From: Gammaproteobacteria bacterium
Lineage (GTDB): Bacteria > Pseudomonadota > Gammaproteobacteria > Eutrophobiales > Eutrophobiaceae
Reading direction: 5' to 3'
NCBI GenBank assembly: GCA_041984885.1
Contig: JBHIXH010000006.1
Span: 4,968 to 68,967, forward strand
Length of the DNA: 64,000 nt
Of this stretch, positions 12,397 through 24,473 are shown piece by piece. The notes under the pieces were generated by a model. That model saw only the letters and a program-made list of their open reading frames with translations, was not told the DNA's origin and searched no databases. How positions within the stretch are numbered: the first letter of the stretch is position 1; every line of letters begins with the position of its first letter. A program made the translations under genes and the position numbers.

Positions 12397-12436
12397 AAGA
12401 TGTGGCCATGTTCAAAATGGTCACATCTTTTTTTTA
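12397..12436 (+). terminator. Rho-independent terminator after pilQ
   Basis: Hairpin aagatgtggcca / tggtcacatctt followed by a run of 8 T. Confidence 0.65.
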
Positions 12437-12487
12437 TCTGCTATTCTGTGCCTGGATCTGAAAGATGAATTTGGGTGTGAATATCCG

Positions 12488-13012
12488 GTGCCTGCGACTA
12501 AACTCACAAACCTGTATCTGGTTGGCCCAATGGGCGTTGGTAAAACGACAATTGGCAAGCATCTGGCCAAGGTTCTGCGACTCGAATTTATTGATTCCGA
12601 TCATGAAATAGAAAATCGAACCGGGGTTGCTATCCCGACAATTTTTGATATTGAAGGTGAAGACGGATTTCGTAAAAGGGAGGCTGAGGTCCTGGCGCAA
12701 CTGGTTCAACAGGACGGAATTATACTCGCTACAGGCGGCGGTATAGTCCTGCTGGAAGAGAACCGCGAGATGCTGAAAGAAAACGGTTTCGTTGTTTATC
12801 TTAAATCCAGCCCTGATCTGGTGTATTCACGCATAGCCAGGGACTCGCGCCGGCCACTTTTGCAAAACGACGACCCGAAAGCCACATTGACGAAAATTAT
12901 GCATGACAGGGATCCGTTATACAGCAGCATCGCAGACTTGACGATCGATACATCAAGACTGAACATCAAGCAGGTTATTGAAAGAATATATAATCATAAA
13001 GTATCCGTATGA
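12488..13012 (+). CDS. aroK: Shikimate kinase
   Basis: [17 protein letters not shown] Walker A motif. Conserved aroK-aroB order. Confidence 0.9.
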   Translation: MPATKLTNLYLVGPMGVGKTTIGKHLAKVLRLEFIDSDHEIENRTGVAIPTIFDIEGEDGFRKREAEVLAQLVQQDGIILATGGGIVLLEENREMLKENGFVVYLKSSPDLVYSRIARDSRRPLLQNDDPKATLTKIMHDRDPLYSSIADLTIDTSRLNIKQVIERIYNHKVSV

Positions 13013-14081
13013 AAACGCTGAATGTCGAACTCGGAAAACGAAGTTATCCGATATATATCGGTGCCGGGTTATTAAACGAGCCCGCCAACATCCGAAAACA
13101 TATTCGTGGCAAACAGGTTTTTATCGTCACCAATGACAAGGTTGGCCCTCTGTACCTGGACAGGCTTCTCGGATTGTTGGCCGACTATGATTGCAAAACC
13201 ATTCAGCTTAAAGACGGTGAGCAGTACAAAAACCTGGATAGCCTTTCAGAAATTATCACTGCGTTGCTGGAGAACAGGCTGAATCGCGACGTTACGTTAA
13301 TCGCTCTCGGCGGTGGTGTAGTTGGAGATATAACCGGTTTTGTTGCTGCCTGTTATCAACGCGGTGTGAACTTTATTCAGGTACCGACAACATTACTGGC
13401 GCAGGTTGACTCATCTGTGGGCGGGAAAACTGCTGTTAATCACCGTCTGGGCAAGAACATGATTGGCGCGTTTCATCAACCGGTTGCTGTCATTGCCGAT
13501 ATCGAAGTATTGAATACGCTGGAATCTCGTGAGCTAGGTGCTGGCCTGGCTGAGGTGATCAAGTATGGATTAATCCGGGATTCAGCGTTTTCTGGTTACA
13601 GGAAAACATTCAGGCGCTGCTAAACCTTGAGACTGACGCACTTGTCAGGGCAATCCAGACTTCCTGCCAAAACAAGGCTGACATTGTCGCTGCCGATGAA
13701 CGTGAAGGCGGCATTCGCGCGATACTGAATCTGGGACATACATTCGGCCATGCAATCGAGACAGCGCAGAATTACACGGGATTGTTACATGGAGAGGCAG
13801 TCGCGTTGGGAATGTTGATGGCTGCCAGACTTTCAAGCCAGATCTATACTGTTTCGAAGGACGACTGTGAAAGCTTACGCTCGCTACTCGAGACAGCCGG
13901 TTTGCCCGTGCAGTTACCGGCAGGTGTTTCTGCAGAAACAATGTTGCAACATATGGCCGTAGACAAAAAGAATCGAGAAGGAAAGATAACCCTGATACTG
14001 CTGGAAGAAGTCGGCAAGGCAGTCATACGTAATGATATTGATCGCGATCAGATCATCGAAACGATCAACGCCTTCGCCTAG
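13009..14081 (+). pseudogene. aroB: 3-dehydroquinate synthase (AroB) split by an apparent -1 frameshift in a T4 run at about 13588-13591 (possible sequencing error or true pseudogene)
   Basis: The 13009 frame reads ...[14 protein letters not shown] and then hits a stop. Shifting one base restores [15 protein letters not shown]...ILNLGHTFGHAIE...LHGEAVALGM, which matches AroB through its C-terminus (ORF 13782..14081). Confidence 0.8.
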
Positions 14082-14095
14082 GGGATAACCTGACC

Positions 14096-15250
14096 ATGCA
14101 CGCACTTGCCGATTACGCTGCGAATCCGGAGCAGTCGAAAGGGCGGCAATACAAGGAAAACAAGCCGGCCCATCGCGATGAATATCAGCGTGACCGGGAT
14201 CGGATTATTCACTCGGCCGCATTTCGTCGGCTCGAGTATAAAACCCAGGTATTCGTCAATCATGAAGGCGATATGTTTCGCACACGTCTTACGCACTCAA
14301 TCGAAGTGGCGCAAATCGGACGCTCCATCGCCAGGGCATTACACGTCAATGAGGACCTGACCGAGGCAATCTGCCTGGCACACGATCTCGGTCATACCCC
14401 TTTTGGCCATGCCGGTCAGGATGAGTTGAATGATTGTATGCGTACCTATGGCGGGTTTGAGCATAACCTGCAGTCACTCAGGGTCGTCGATCTACTCGAG
14501 GAAAAATACGCGGAATTTCCCGGTCTGAACCTGACTTTCGAGACACGCGAGGGAATTTTAAAACATTGCTCGCAAAAGAATGCGCGTGAGCTGGGTGAGA
14601 TAGGCCTGCGTTTTTTAAACAAGCAGCAGCAAAGCCTGGAAGGCCAGATAGCGAATGTGGCCGACGAGATTGCCTACAATAATCACGACGTGGATGATGG
14701 CTTGCGAGCCGGATTAATTGTCGTCAACCAGTTGCTTGAGTGTGAACTGTTTCGTACAGCGCATGAGCAGGTTATGCAGGAATATACCGGACTGGATCAA
14801 AAGAAGGTGATCCATGAGGTCATCCGTCGCATGATTAATCGACTCGTCTGTGACCTGATTGATACAAGCCAGTCATTGATTAACCAGGTGGCACCGCATT
14901 CAACCGATGAAGTTCGAACAGCCGGAGAGAGCCTGGTTCAGCTCGGAACCGACACCGTTGATATCAATCGGGAGCTGAAAACCTTTCTGCGCAAGAACCT
15001 GTATCAGCACTACCACGTACATCGAATGACACATAAGGCGCGCCTGATAATACGTTCGCTGTTTGATGCATTCATAGCCGATGTGAGGCTGTTACCGCAC
15101 GATGTTCAGGCAAAAATGGATCAATCAGAAGGCGAACAATACTATCGATATATTTCAGACTATATTGCCGGCATGACTGATCGTTATGCTATCTCCGAAT
15201 ATGAGCGGGTATTCGGATCTGTTGTTTATCCGCAAGGGTTAAACAGTTAA
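14096..15250 (+). CDS. dGTPase-family HD-domain triphosphohydrolase-like protein
   Basis: HD motif region (HSIEVAQIGR...AHDLGHTPFGHAG). The length and family match Dgt-like proteins. Confidence 0.8.
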   Translation: MHALADYAANPEQSKGRQYKENKPAHRDEYQRDRDRIIHSAAFRRLEYKTQVFVNHEGDMFRTRLTHSIEVAQIGRSIARALHVNEDLTEAICLAHDLGHTPFGHAGQDELNDCMRTYGGFEHNLQSLRVVDLLEEKYAEFPGLNLTFETREGILKHCSQKNARELGEIGLRFLNKQQQSLEGQIANVADEIAYNNHDVDDGLRAGLIVVNQLLECELFRTAHEQVMQEYTGLDQKKVIHEVIRRMINRLVCDLIDTSQSLINQVAPHSTDEVRTAGESLVQLGTDTVDINRELKTFLRKNLYQHYHVHRMTHKARLIIRSLFDAFIADVRLLPHDVQAKMDQSEGEQYYRYISDYIAGMTDRYAISEYERVFGSVVYPQGLNS

Positions 15251-15259
15251 CCCGATTCA

Positions 15260-16855
15260 ATGTCGAAAAAAGCTGACAACCTGGACAGATACTTTTCTGC
15301 CTATGATCTGGAACAGGATCCATTCCCGGTTGAAACTGTCGATGACACCTACTATGCCATCAGTGAGCTCGAACATCGTCTTGAACTGACTCAACACCTG
15401 ATCAATTTCAGCGATCGCATCCTGTTATTTACCGGCGATTCGGGGTTGGGGAAAACGGCGTTCCTGAATCGACTTTCCAGTGAAGCGGAACAACACTGGG
15501 TGTTGAGCCGACTGGATATTACCGGTGGAGAGACACAACTACAGATCCTTGAATCCTTGTTTCAACAAAACCAGCTGGATTTCCATGCCGGGTTGCTAAC
15601 AGAGTCGGCACTGCAACAGTTATCTGCCCGGTTTGAAAATAATATTCAAAACGGTTTCAAAAACGTGCTGTTGGTTGATGATGCACAGCTGTTGACGGCC
15701 AGCGCGCTGAACCTTTTATTGTTGTTAAACAGGCCGACAACAAATGATCAGGTGGTACACCTGGTTATCATGAGCAGTGAAGATATTTCCTCATTGTTGG
15801 TGCAACAGGAAAACGATTACCTGCATAAACTGGAGTTGCCGTTGTTATCCGAAGAGCAAACGTTCGGTTATATTCGCCATCGAATGCGGAATGCTGAACC
15901 GGGTTTTGATCAACTGTTCAAACCGGATCAACTAAAAAATATTTATAAGACTTCAGGTGGCAATCCCGGCCTGATCAATCAACTGGCAGCCAGATCCCTG
16001 CAGGATCCCTCCATCGCCGGCCAGCAGAAGCAGACCCGGTCAGCGTTATCGTTTGCCACAGCGTTACTGGATGGCAGGGTAACGATCATTATCAGCCTGC
16101 TTCTTGTTACCGCGTTTGTTGTCGTCGTGTTGAACCAGGAAACAGAAGAGACGAAAGAAAAAATTGATATTGCCCTGCCGCAAACGCAGTCGACGCCGCC
16201 ACAACCACCGAAGGCAGAAGTGATTCGGCCTGAAGCGGATGAAATTGTAACGATAGAGGAGCCCGGCAAGCGGCCAAACGAGTATCTGGATGAAACCGCG
16301 GAACCGGCAGAAGATTTGCCGGCGCCGATGATCGCGGAACAAAACCGGCAGCCTATTGAACACGCTGCCAGTGCAACGGCAGAACCGGTTGAGGTGCCGG
16401 TCGTAGCTGAGCCATCAGCCACGGTCGAACCCGAACCGGAATCACCGGTCGATACGGTCGAGACGATAGCCGCAACCTCACCGGAACCCGAATTGATCGC
16501 AACTGAGTCCGGCCCGGAACCGGCCAGCTCAGAGCCAAAGCCGGCAGCGCAAAACACATCCGGTTTTAAAGGAGCTGACTGGCTCAAACAACAGGCCGCG
16601 AGTAAATATGTGCTGCAATTGATTGGGGCTCATGACCCGGATGTCATCAACAAACTGCTGGCGGCAAATCCTTCCATCTACGACAAGGTCGCCAGGTTCA
16701 CAACAGTGAATGACGACAAGCGCTGGTATGTACTCGTCTACGGCTTATTTGACGGTCGGGATCAGGCCGCCGCACACGTGCCCAAGTTGCCGAAAGGATT
16801 GCAGGCACTGGGCCCCTGGCCACGCTCGATCGCAAGTATTCAGCAGGATCTGTAA
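15260..16855 (+). CDS. AAA ATPase (ExeA-like) with Pro/Glu-rich linker and C-terminal SPOR domain (DamX-like)
   Basis: GDSGLGKTAFLNRL Walker A, a transmembrane segment, a low-complexity EP-rich linker, and a C-terminal SPOR-like fold (KYVLQLIGAHD...WYVLVYGLF). Sits at the conserved position after aroB. Confidence 0.75.
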   Translation: MSKKADNLDRYFSAYDLEQDPFPVETVDDTYYAISELEHRLELTQHLINFSDRILLFTGDSGLGKTAFLNRLSSEAEQHWVLSRLDITGGETQLQILESLFQQNQLDFHAGLLTESALQQLSARFENNIQNGFKNVLLVDDAQLLTASALNLLLLLNRPTTNDQVVHLVIMSSEDISSLLVQQENDYLHKLELPLLSEEQTFGYIRHRMRNAEPGFDQLFKPDQLKNIYKTSGGNPGLINQLAARSLQDPSIAGQQKQTRSALSFATALLDGRVTIIISLLLVTAFVVVVLNQETEETKEKIDIALPQTQSTPPQPPKAEVIRPEADEIVTIEEPGKRPNEYLDETAEPAEDLPAPMIAEQNRQPIEHAASATAEPVEVPVVAEPSATVEPEPESPVDTVETIAATSPEPELIATESGPEPASSEPKPAAQNTSGFKGADWLKQQAASKYVLQLIGAHDPDVINKLLAANPSIYDKVARFTTVNDDKRWYVLVYGLFDGRDQAAAHVPKLPKGLQALGPWPRSIASIQQDL

Positions 16856-17164
16856 TAGAAACCCGCGAAAATGTTGCAGCACAAAATCAGTTATTTTGCG
16901 ATAAAAAGCAGATAAAATACGTCAAATGACTCTAAATGCTTCAAAATTCAATAATTTAAACTGTAATATAATTGTCCGATTTCGGTGACATCAATGCCTC
17001 TCTTGATTATAATTTCGCGTCCCGCTTGGGGGTGGGGTGCACTGCAATATTTATAATAATCACAAGGTGTTAGCCGGGCAGGATGTCGGCCACCATAACA
17101 ACCATTGCGCAGTAAACATTAATTTCTCAAAACAGGTCCTGCGGCTTGCGGTGCCTGTTAGCAC

Positions 17165-20100
17165 GTGGATGTACTAGATATGAAGTTTTCACAAAATAAT
17201 TATTCACAATCCGGCCAGCAGACCGGTCTTTATGAGCCGAGCACGGAACACGATGCCTGTGGTGTCGGTTTTATCGTGCACATGAAGGGACAGAAGTCAC
17301 ACTCGATCATCGACGATGCCCTGACGCTGCTGAAAAACCTGTTGCATCGTGGCGCCTGTGGCTGCGAGGAAAACACCGGTGACGGTGTCGGCATCCTACT
17401 CCAGAAACCGGATAAATTTTTCCAGCGCGTCTGTCGCGAGATCAATATTGAATTACCTGAATCGGAAAACTACGGCGCGGGCATGGTCTTTCTCCCCGTG
17501 GATCCGGAACAATCAAAAGAATGTCAGCAAATATTTGAAAACATCATAAAGGAAGAAGGACAAACACTGCTCGGCTGGCGCGATGTCCCCACCGATGACA
17601 GCCTGCTGGGCCCTTCTGCAAAAAAAGACGAACCAACGTTTAAACAGATTTTTATTGGCAAGGCCGATGGCATGGATTCAGCCGCGTTTGATCGCAAGTT
17701 GTATGTCATTCGCAAGCGCGTCGAACACCAGGTGTGGGGCTCCAGCCTGTCACAACAAAACCTGTTTTATATTCCTTCACTGTCCTATCGCACCTTTGTT
17801 TACAAGGGTATGTTAACCGGTGAACAGATCGAACCGATGTTTCCGGAGATAGGCGATCCGGACGTGGAATCCGCGATGGCATTGGTGCATCAACGTTTCT
17901 CCACGAATACGTTCCCGGAATGGCGACTTGCGCATCCGTTCCGCTATGTGGCACACAATGGTGAGATCAATACCGCGCGCGGTAACGCCAACTGGATGCG
18001 TGCACGTGAGTCGTTGTGTGAATCGGATTTGTTTGGCGATGATCTGCAAAAGTTATTTCCGATTGTGATCGAGGGCGGTTCAGACTCGGCTACGTTTGAT
18101 AACGTCATGGAATTTTTACACATGGCCGGCCGACCATTACCACATGCCGTGTTAATGATGATCCCGGAAGCCTGGGCCGGCCATGAAACGATGGATGCAA
18201 AGCGCAAGGCGTTTTATGAATATCACGCCTGCCTGATGGAACCCTGGGATGGACCGGCCTCGATTGCCTTCACCGACGGTGAAGTGATCGGAGCCGTACT
18301 GGATAGAAATGGTCTGCGACCGTCACGTTATTATGTGACAAAGGACGACAAGGTGATCATGGCTTCCGAAGTCGGTGTGCTGGATGTTGCACCGGAAAAT
18401 GTACTGATCAAGGAACGCCTGCATCCCGGTCGTATCTTTATGGTCGATACCGGCGAAGGTCGCATCATTGACGATGAAGAAATCAAGAGCGAATTTATAA
18501 ATGAAAACCCGTATGGCGAATGGTTGAAAGACAACATGATGCCAATCGGTAGCCTGCCGGAACCGAAACACATTACCGGTACCGACCTGGACACCTTGTT
18601 GCAGCGTCAACAGGCGTTTGGCTATACACATGAAGACCTGCGTATCCTAATGGCACCGATGGCTGCCAAGGGAATGGAACCGACCGGTTCGATGGGCACC
18701 GACGCCGCGCTGGCGGTGTTATCGAATCGATCACGCCTGCTGTACGATTATTTCAAACAGCTGTTTGCCCAGGTGACGAATCCTCCACTGGATGGCATCC
18801 GGGAAGAACTGGTGACGCAGGTCGGTTCAGTCGTCGGCCCGGAAAAGAACCCGTTAAAACCCGCGCCGGAACATTGCCGCCAGATTAAACTGAATTCACC
18901 GGTCATTACGAACGAGGAACTGGCCCGCATCCGCGATATGGATCTGCCGGGATTTAAATCGATCGTGCTGCCCATCACCTATCCGGTCGCCGATGGCAGC
19001 CAGGGTATGGAAACAGCCATTGATCGCTTATGCAAGCAAGCCGACAAGGCAATCGAAGACGGTTATACCTATTTTATTCTTTCTGACCGCGACATCGACA
19101 AGGACAACGCGCCGATCCCGGCGTTGCTGGCCGTCTCCGCTGTGCACAATTACCTGGTAAGAAACAGCACGCGTTCACAGATCAGCATGGTGCTCGAATC
19201 CGGCGAGCCGAGAGAGGTGCATCACTTTGCCGTGCTGCTCGGCTACGGTGTCGGTTGTATCAACCCGTACCTGGCGTTTGAATCGCTCGCGGATTTGATC
19301 GGCAAGGGGCATATCCCGCAGATGGATCACAACAAGGCGGTGAAGAATTTTATCAAGGCAGTGAACAAGGGATTGATCAAGATCATGGGCAAGATGGGGA
19401 TCTCGACGATACAGTCGTATCGTGGTGCGCAGATCTTCGAGGCAATTGGTTTAAACAAGGAATTTGTCGACAAGTATTTTACCTGGACAGCATCCCGTGT
19501 CGGCGGTGTGGGCATTGATGTCATTGCGCGTGAGGCCAGTCATCGACATCACAACGCGTTTCCGGATCGCCCGGTGAAACGACCGGACCTGGAATGGGGC
19601 GGCGAATATCAATGGCGTCGTGACGGTGAATATCATTTATTCAATCCGAACACCGTGTTCAAGCTGCAGCACGCGACCCGTTCCGGCCAATACAAGATAT
19701 TCAAGGAATACACCTCGCTCGTGGATACGCAGAATGAAAACATCGCGACCTTGCGCGGTCTGTTTGAATTCAAGTCAGGCGAATCGATTCCCATCGAGGA
19801 AGTCGAGCCGATTGAAAACATCATGAAACGTTTTTCCACCGGTGCGATGTCATACGGCTCGATCAGCAAGCAGGCGCATGAAACCCTGGCGATTGCGATG
19901 AACCGCATTGGCGGTAAATCGAATACGGGCGAAGGGGGTGAAGACCCGGATCGGTTTATCCCGGACGAGAACGGTGATCTTAGAAGAAGTTCGATTAAAC
20001 AGGTAGCCTCCGGTCGCTTCGGTGTCACCAGTCATTACCTGGTGAACGCGGACGATATCCAGATCAAGATGGCACAAGGCGCCAAGCCGGGTGAGGGCGG

Positions 20101-21754
20101 CCAGTTACCGGGCACGAAGGTTTATCCCTGGATTGCCAAGGTGCGCGGGTCGACGGCCGGAGTTGGATTGATCTCGCCACCGCCACACCATGACATCTAT
20201 TCTATTGAAGACCTGGCGCAACTGATCCATGACCTGAAGAATGCGAACCCCGAGGCACGCATCCATGTGAAGCTGGTCGCTGAAGTCGGTGTCGGCACGG
20301 TCGCGGCCGGTGTCGCCAAGGCGCACTCCGATGTTGTGCTGATTTCCGGATACGACGGCGGTACCGGTGCCTCACCGGTGACCTCGCTAAAACATGCTGG
20401 TCTGCCGTGGGAACTCGGCCTAGCCGAGACGCAACAGGTACTCATCCAGAATGGCTTGCGCGACCGCATCGTCGTGCAAACCGATGGCCAGTTAAAGACC
20501 GGCCGTGATGTCATCATTGCCGCGTTGTTAGGCGCAGAGGAGTTCGGTTTCTCTACCGCGCCGCTCGTGGTCATGGGTTGCATCATGATGCGTGTCTGTC
20601 ATTTGAATACGTGCCCGGTCGGCGTTGCCACGCAAAACCCGGAACTGACCAGGAAGTTTGCCGGTCAGCCCGAGTTCGTCGAAAACTTTTTCAAATACAT
20701 CGCCGAGGAAGTGCGTGAATACATGGCGGAACTGGGTTTCCGAACCGTTAATGAGATGATTGGCCAGGTCGACAAGCTGAACGTGAAAAAAGCGGTCGAA
20801 CACTGGAAGGCAAAAGGTCTGGATTTCTCGAAGATCCTGTACAAGCCGGAGCCAAGACCCGGTGATGAAATCTATTGCGTTAACGAGCAGGATCACGGCC
20901 TGGATAAATCCCTTGATGTGACCAAACTGGTACCGTTGTGCAAGGAAGCGTTAGACAACAAGAAAAAGGTCGACATCATCCTGCCGATTAAAAACACGAA
21001 CCGTACCGTCGGTACAATCCTCGGTTATCACATCACGAAGAAATACGGTGCGGAAGGCTTACCGGAAGACACGGTCAATGTGCATTTCAATGGCTCGGCC
21101 GGTATGAGCTTCGGTGCCTTTGTACCAAGAGGCGTGACGATGACGCTGGAAGGCGATGCGAACGACTACATTGGCAAAGGCTTGTCCGGTGGCAAGATCA
21201 TTGTCTATCCGCCACGGCATTCGACGTTCGTCCCGGAAGAAAACATACTGGTCGGCAACGTTGTCTTGTACGGCGCTACCAGCGGTGAAGCCTATTTCCG
21301 TGGCATCGCCGGCGAGCGTTTCTGCGTACGCAACAGTGGTGTGCATACCGTTGTCGAAGGCGTTGGCGACCACGGTTGCGAATACATGACCGGTGGTCGT
21401 GTCGTCATCATCGGCAAGACCGGGCGTAACTTTGCGGCCGGCATGTCTGGTGGTGTTGCCTATGTGCTGGATCAAGAGGGTGATTTTGCCATTCGTTGTA
21501 ACAAGGACATGGTCGATCTGGACCCGTTAAACGAGGACGAAGACCTGGAACTGGTGAAAACGCTGTTAACAAAACACCTGGACTACACGCAAAGCACGGT
21601 CGCGAAAAACATTCTCGATCACTGGAGCCGTTATCAATCAAAATTTGTCAAGGTTATGCCAAAAGATTACAAACGCGTGCTCGCCGCGATCAAGCGGGCC
21701 AAAGAAGCCGGTACATCGATCGACGAAGCCGTCATGGAGGCCGCTCATGGGTAA
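17165..21754 (+). CDS. gltB: Glutamate synthase large subunit
   Basis: 1529 aa. N-terminal amidotransferase Cys (CGVGF), FMN and 3Fe-4S regions, and a GXGXG C-terminal domain. Confidence 0.95.
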   Translation: MDVLDMKFSQNNYSQSGQQTGLYEPSTEHDACGVGFIVHMKGQKSHSIIDDALTLLKNLLHRGACGCEENTGDGVGILLQKPDKFFQRVCREINIELPESENYGAGMVFLPVDPEQSKECQQIFENIIKEEGQTLLGWRDVPTDDSLLGPSAKKDEPTFKQIFIGKADGMDSAAFDRKLYVIRKRVEHQVWGSSLSQQNLFYIPSLSYRTFVYKGMLTGEQIEPMFPEIGDPDVESAMALVHQRFSTNTFPEWRLAHPFRYVAHNGEINTARGNANWMRARESLCESDLFGDDLQKLFPIVIEGGSDSATFDNVMEFLHMAGRPLPHAVLMMIPEAWAGHETMDAKRKAFYEYHACLMEPWDGPASIAFTDGEVIGAVLDRNGLRPSRYYVTKDDKVIMASEVGVLDVAPENVLIKERLHPGRIFMVDTGEGRIIDDEEIKSEFINENPYGEWLKDNMMPIGSLPEPKHITGTDLDTLLQRQQAFGYTHEDLRILMAPMAAKGMEPTGSMGTDAALAVLSNRSRLLYDYFKQLFAQVTNPPLDGIREELVTQVGSVVGPEKNPLKPAPEHCRQIKLNSPVITNEELARIRDMDLPGFKSIVLPITYPVADGSQGMETAIDRLCKQADKAIEDGYTYFILSDRDIDKDNAPIPALLAVSAVHNYLVRNSTRSQISMVLESGEPREVHHFAVLLGYGVGCINPYLAFESLADLIGKGHIPQMDHNKAVKNFIKAVNKGLIKIMGKMGISTIQSYRGAQIFEAIGLNKEFVDKYFTWTASRVGGVGIDVIAREASHRHHNAFPDRPVKRPDLEWGGEYQWRRDGEYHLFNPNTVFKLQHATRSGQYKIFKEYTSLVDTQNENIATLRGLFEFKSGESIPIEEVEPIENIMKRFSTGAMSYGSISKQAHETLAIAMNRIGGKSNTGEGGEDPDRFIPDENGDLRRSSIKQVASGRFGVTSHYLVNADDIQIKMAQGAKPGEGGQLPGTKVYPWIAKVRGSTAGVGLISPPPHHDIYSIEDLAQLIHDLKNANPEARIHVKLVAEVGVGTVAAGVAKAHSDVVLISGYDGGTGASPVTSLKHAGLPWELGLAETQQVLIQNGLRDRIVVQTDGQLKTGRDVIIAALLGAEEFGFSTAPLVVMGCIMMRVCHLNTCPVGVATQNPELTRKFAGQPEFVENFFKYIAEEVREYMAELGFRTVNEMIGQVDKLNVKKAVEHWKAKGLDFSKILYKPEPRPGDEIYCVNEQDHGLDKSLDVTKLVPLCKEALDNKKKVDIILPIKNTNRTVGTILGYHITKKYGAEGLPEDTVNVHFNGSAGMSFGAFVPRGVTMTLEGDANDYIGKGLSGGKIIVYPPRHSTFVPEENILVGNVVLYGATSGEAYFRGIAGERFCVRNSGVHTVVEGVGDHGCEYMTGGRVVIIGKTGRNFAAGMSGGVAYVLDQEGDFAIRCNKDMVDLDPLNEDEDLELVKTLLTKHLDYTQSTVAKNILDHWSRYQSKFVKVMPKDYKRVLAAIKRAKEAGTSIDEAVMEAAHG

Positions 21755-23192
21755 GGCCACCGGTTTTATGGAAAAGGGGCGCGTTAAACAACCGTATCGC
21801 CCGGTCGAAGAACGGGTAAAAGATTACCGCCAGGTCATGCAGCCATGGCCGGTCGAACCGTTAAAGGAACAGGCCGCACGTTGCATGGATTGCGGTATCC
21901 CGTTTTGTCATCAGGGCTGCCCGCTCGGAAACCTGATCCCGGACTGGAACGATCTCGTCTACCGCGATCAATGGAACGACGCGATCAAACGTTTGCATGC
22001 AACGAATAACTTTCCGGAATTCACCGGCACCCTGTGTCCGGCACCGTGCGAAGGTTCATGTGTACTCGGCATCAACGATGATCCGGTCACGATCAAGGCG
22101 GTCGAACTGTCGATCATCGACAAGGCCTGGGAAAACGGCTGGGTCAAACCGCTGCCACCGGAAAAGAAAACCGGTAAAAAGGTTGCTGTTGTCGGTTCCG
22201 GCCCCGCCGGTCTGGCCGCGGCGCAACAGCTTGCCCGGGCCGGGCACGATGTGACGTTGTTTGAACGCGACGATCGTATCGGTGGTTTACTCCGCTATGG
22301 CATACCGGAATTCAAAATGGAAAAACGTGTGCTAGACCGTCGCCTGGAACAGATGGAAGCCGAGGGTGTCACGTTCAGGACCAATGCGCATGTCGGTGAC
22401 AATGTGTCGGTGGAAGAATTAAGGAACGAGTTTGATGCCTTGTTATTAACCGGCGGTGCCTGTGATCGGCGCGACCTGCCGGTCGAAGGCCGTGAACTAA
22501 AAGGCATCTACCAGGCGATGGATTACCTGCCGATGCAAAACCGTGTCTGTGAGGGTGATGAACCGCAAGCCGATTTTATCAGTGCCAAGGATAAGCACGT
22601 CATCATCATCGGTGGTGGTGATACCGGTGCCGACTGTCTCGGTACCGCCAACCGCCAGGGCTGTGCGTCTGTGCACCAACTCGAGATCATGCCGGAACCG
22701 CCGAAGGCACGCGCGGCCGATAACCCGTGGCCGGAGTGGCCACGCATCTTCCGTACCGCATCAGCGCATGAAGAAGGTGTCGAACGTGTTTATTCTGTTT
22801 CAACAAAGAAATTTATCGATGACGGCAACGGCAATGTCAAGGCATTGCAACTGGTTAACGTGGAATTAAAAGTTGTCGATGGTCGATTAAACTTTGAAGA
22901 AGTCGCCGGCAGTGAACATGAACTGCCGTGTGACCTGGCACTGCTGGCAATGGGTTTTGTTGGCCCGGAAAAACCCGGCATGCTGGAACAACTCGGTTGT
23001 GAACTCGACGGTCGTGGCAATGTCATCGCCGATCCCAAAACCTGGATGACCAGTGTCGATGGTGTCTTTGCCGCCGGGGACATGCGTCGTGGTCAGAGTT
23101 TGATCGTCTGGGCGATTGCCGAGGGACGGAGCGCGGCTGCGGGGATTGATTCTTATCTGATGGGTGAGACGGATCTCCCAGCCCCGGTTTAG
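21747..23192 (+). CDS. gltD: Glutamate synthase small subunit (ATG at 21747 overlaps gltB stop by 8 nt)
   Basis: 4Fe-4S Cys motifs ([18 protein letters not shown]) and FAD/NAD Rossmann motifs ([14 protein letters not shown]). Confidence 0.9.
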   Translation: MGKATGFMEKGRVKQPYRPVEERVKDYRQVMQPWPVEPLKEQAARCMDCGIPFCHQGCPLGNLIPDWNDLVYRDQWNDAIKRLHATNNFPEFTGTLCPAPCEGSCVLGINDDPVTIKAVELSIIDKAWENGWVKPLPPEKKTGKKVAVVGSGPAGLAAAQQLARAGHDVTLFERDDRIGGLLRYGIPEFKMEKRVLDRRLEQMEAEGVTFRTNAHVGDNVSVEELRNEFDALLLTGGACDRRDLPVEGRELKGIYQAMDYLPMQNRVCEGDEPQADFISAKDKHVIIIGGGDTGADCLGTANRQGCASVHQLEIMPEPPKARAADNPWPEWPRIFRTASAHEEGVERVYSVSTKKFIDDGNGNVKALQLVNVELKVVDGRLNFEEVAGSEHELPCDLALLAMGFVGPEKPGMLEQLGCELDGRGNVIADPKTWMTSVDGVFAAGDMRRGQSLIVWAIAEGRSAAAGIDSYLMGETDLPAPV

Positions 23193-23288
23193 CATACATG
23201 CTGACAGAATTATCAATAAATCATACTGAGAGAAATATATTGTAGAGCTTTATATCTTTTTACGGAGAAAATTGAGGAGATACTTGGG

Positions 23289-24413
23289 ATGAGTTTTAAA
23301 TCAATATTTTTACATGGAATTATTTTCACGGCTATATGTTTCACTGGTTGCCAGGGCCCAACAACTAAAACTATTAAACCCAATGATGCTTCAGTCGAAT
23401 TAGAAGCGGCTAAACAGCGAGAAATAGCTCTACAAGAAGCACTTCATAGTCATATTAGACTTAATCGGGTCGGTTTCCCAATTCTTAAAGCCGGACTGCC
23501 TCTTTGTAAAGATCGAGTAACTACTTCAAACATCGGTATTGCAATCTCTAATAAATATGAGTTTGATGATGAATATAGAGATACCGCTATGTTGATGTTT
23601 GATCTAGGGGAACCTTTAAAACTTATTCATGTATATAAAAATTCTCCGGCGGAGGCCGCAGGTCTAAAAAAAGGTGATGTAATTATATCTCTCAATGGAG
23701 AAGATTCGCCCACTGGAAATAATGCAAGGAAAAAATTTATAAAATCTATAAGAGATGAATCTAAAGAAAATTCGAATTTATCTTTTAAAGTTAGAAGAGG
23801 TCAGGAGGATCGAATTATCAGTGTGGCAACCATAGAAACGTGTGACTATCCATTAAGTGTTTCAGGAGACACTTCAGTAAATGCGTATGCAGATGGCAAT
23901 CAAATAGTCTTCCATCAAGGCATGATGGATTTTGCCAAAGATGATAATGAGCTTGCCTTGGTCATCGGACATGAACTGGCACATAACTCAATGAGACATA
24001 TAGATGCCAAACGGATTAATGCTCTTGGCGGGTTTTTAGTTGATTTATTGTTTGCTGCATTAGGAGCTAATACGCAAGGTGCATTTACTAAAATGGCAGC
24101 ACAGGCATATAGCCAAGAATTTGAGGCGGAAGCAGATTATGTCGGTCTTTATATAAATGAGCTGGCAGGATACGATATTTCGGATGCGCAATATTTTTGG
24201 CGGAGAATGGGTGTCAAACATCCTGGTGCTATAGATAAAAATCACGCTGCCTCACACCCATCCACTCCCGAGAGATTTGTTGCAATTGAAGAGTCTGTTA
24301 AGGAGATTGAAGCGAAAAAGATAGCTGGCGAAGTTTTAATGCCAAATATAGATGATGAAGTGGTAGCTCAAAGAGATCCACCTCCCGAGGCTGTCGAGTT
24401 AGGGTTTAAGTAA
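23289..24413 (+). CDS. M48-family zinc metallopeptidase lipoprotein with PDZ-like domain (AT-rich gene)
   Basis: Lipobox FTGC, PDZ-like GLKKGDVIISLNG, and HELAHNSMRH (HExxH). Markedly lower GC than its neighbours. Confidence 0.7.
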   Translation: MSFKSIFLHGIIFTAICFTGCQGPTTKTIKPNDASVELEAAKQREIALQEALHSHIRLNRVGFPILKAGLPLCKDRVTTSNIGIAISNKYEFDDEYRDTAMLMFDLGEPLKLIHVYKNSPAEAAGLKKGDVIISLNGEDSPTGNNARKKFIKSIRDESKENSNLSFKVRRGQEDRIISVATIETCDYPLSVSGDTSVNAYADGNQIVFHQGMMDFAKDDNELALVIGHELAHNSMRHIDAKRINALGGFLVDLLFAALGANTQGAFTKMAAQAYSQEFEAEADYVGLYINELAGYDISDAQYFWRRMGVKHPGAIDKNHAASHPSTPERFVAIEESVKEIEAKKIAGEVLMPNIDDEVVAQRDPPPEAVELGFK

Positions 24414-24473
24414 ACTAAAAGATATCCAGACCACAGCTTTTCTGCTGAATCAGATAGGTCAGCGTGGATTTAC

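Noticed and set aside
15979-16587. 202-aa and other minus-strand ORFs inside the AAA+SPOR gene.
   Set aside because: They lie within a GC/Pro-Glu-rich low-complexity linker, where antisense frames stay open by chance.
17230-21641. Numerous short ORFs on both strands inside gltB.
   Set aside because: All are nested in the 1529-aa GltB frame, which has strong homology. None has its own signals.
21645-21746. Extended gltD start at 21645.
   Set aside because: The ATG at 21747 gives the canonical [10 protein letters not shown]-terminus with an 8-nt overlap onto the gltB stop. The upstream extension runs through the gltB C-terminus.
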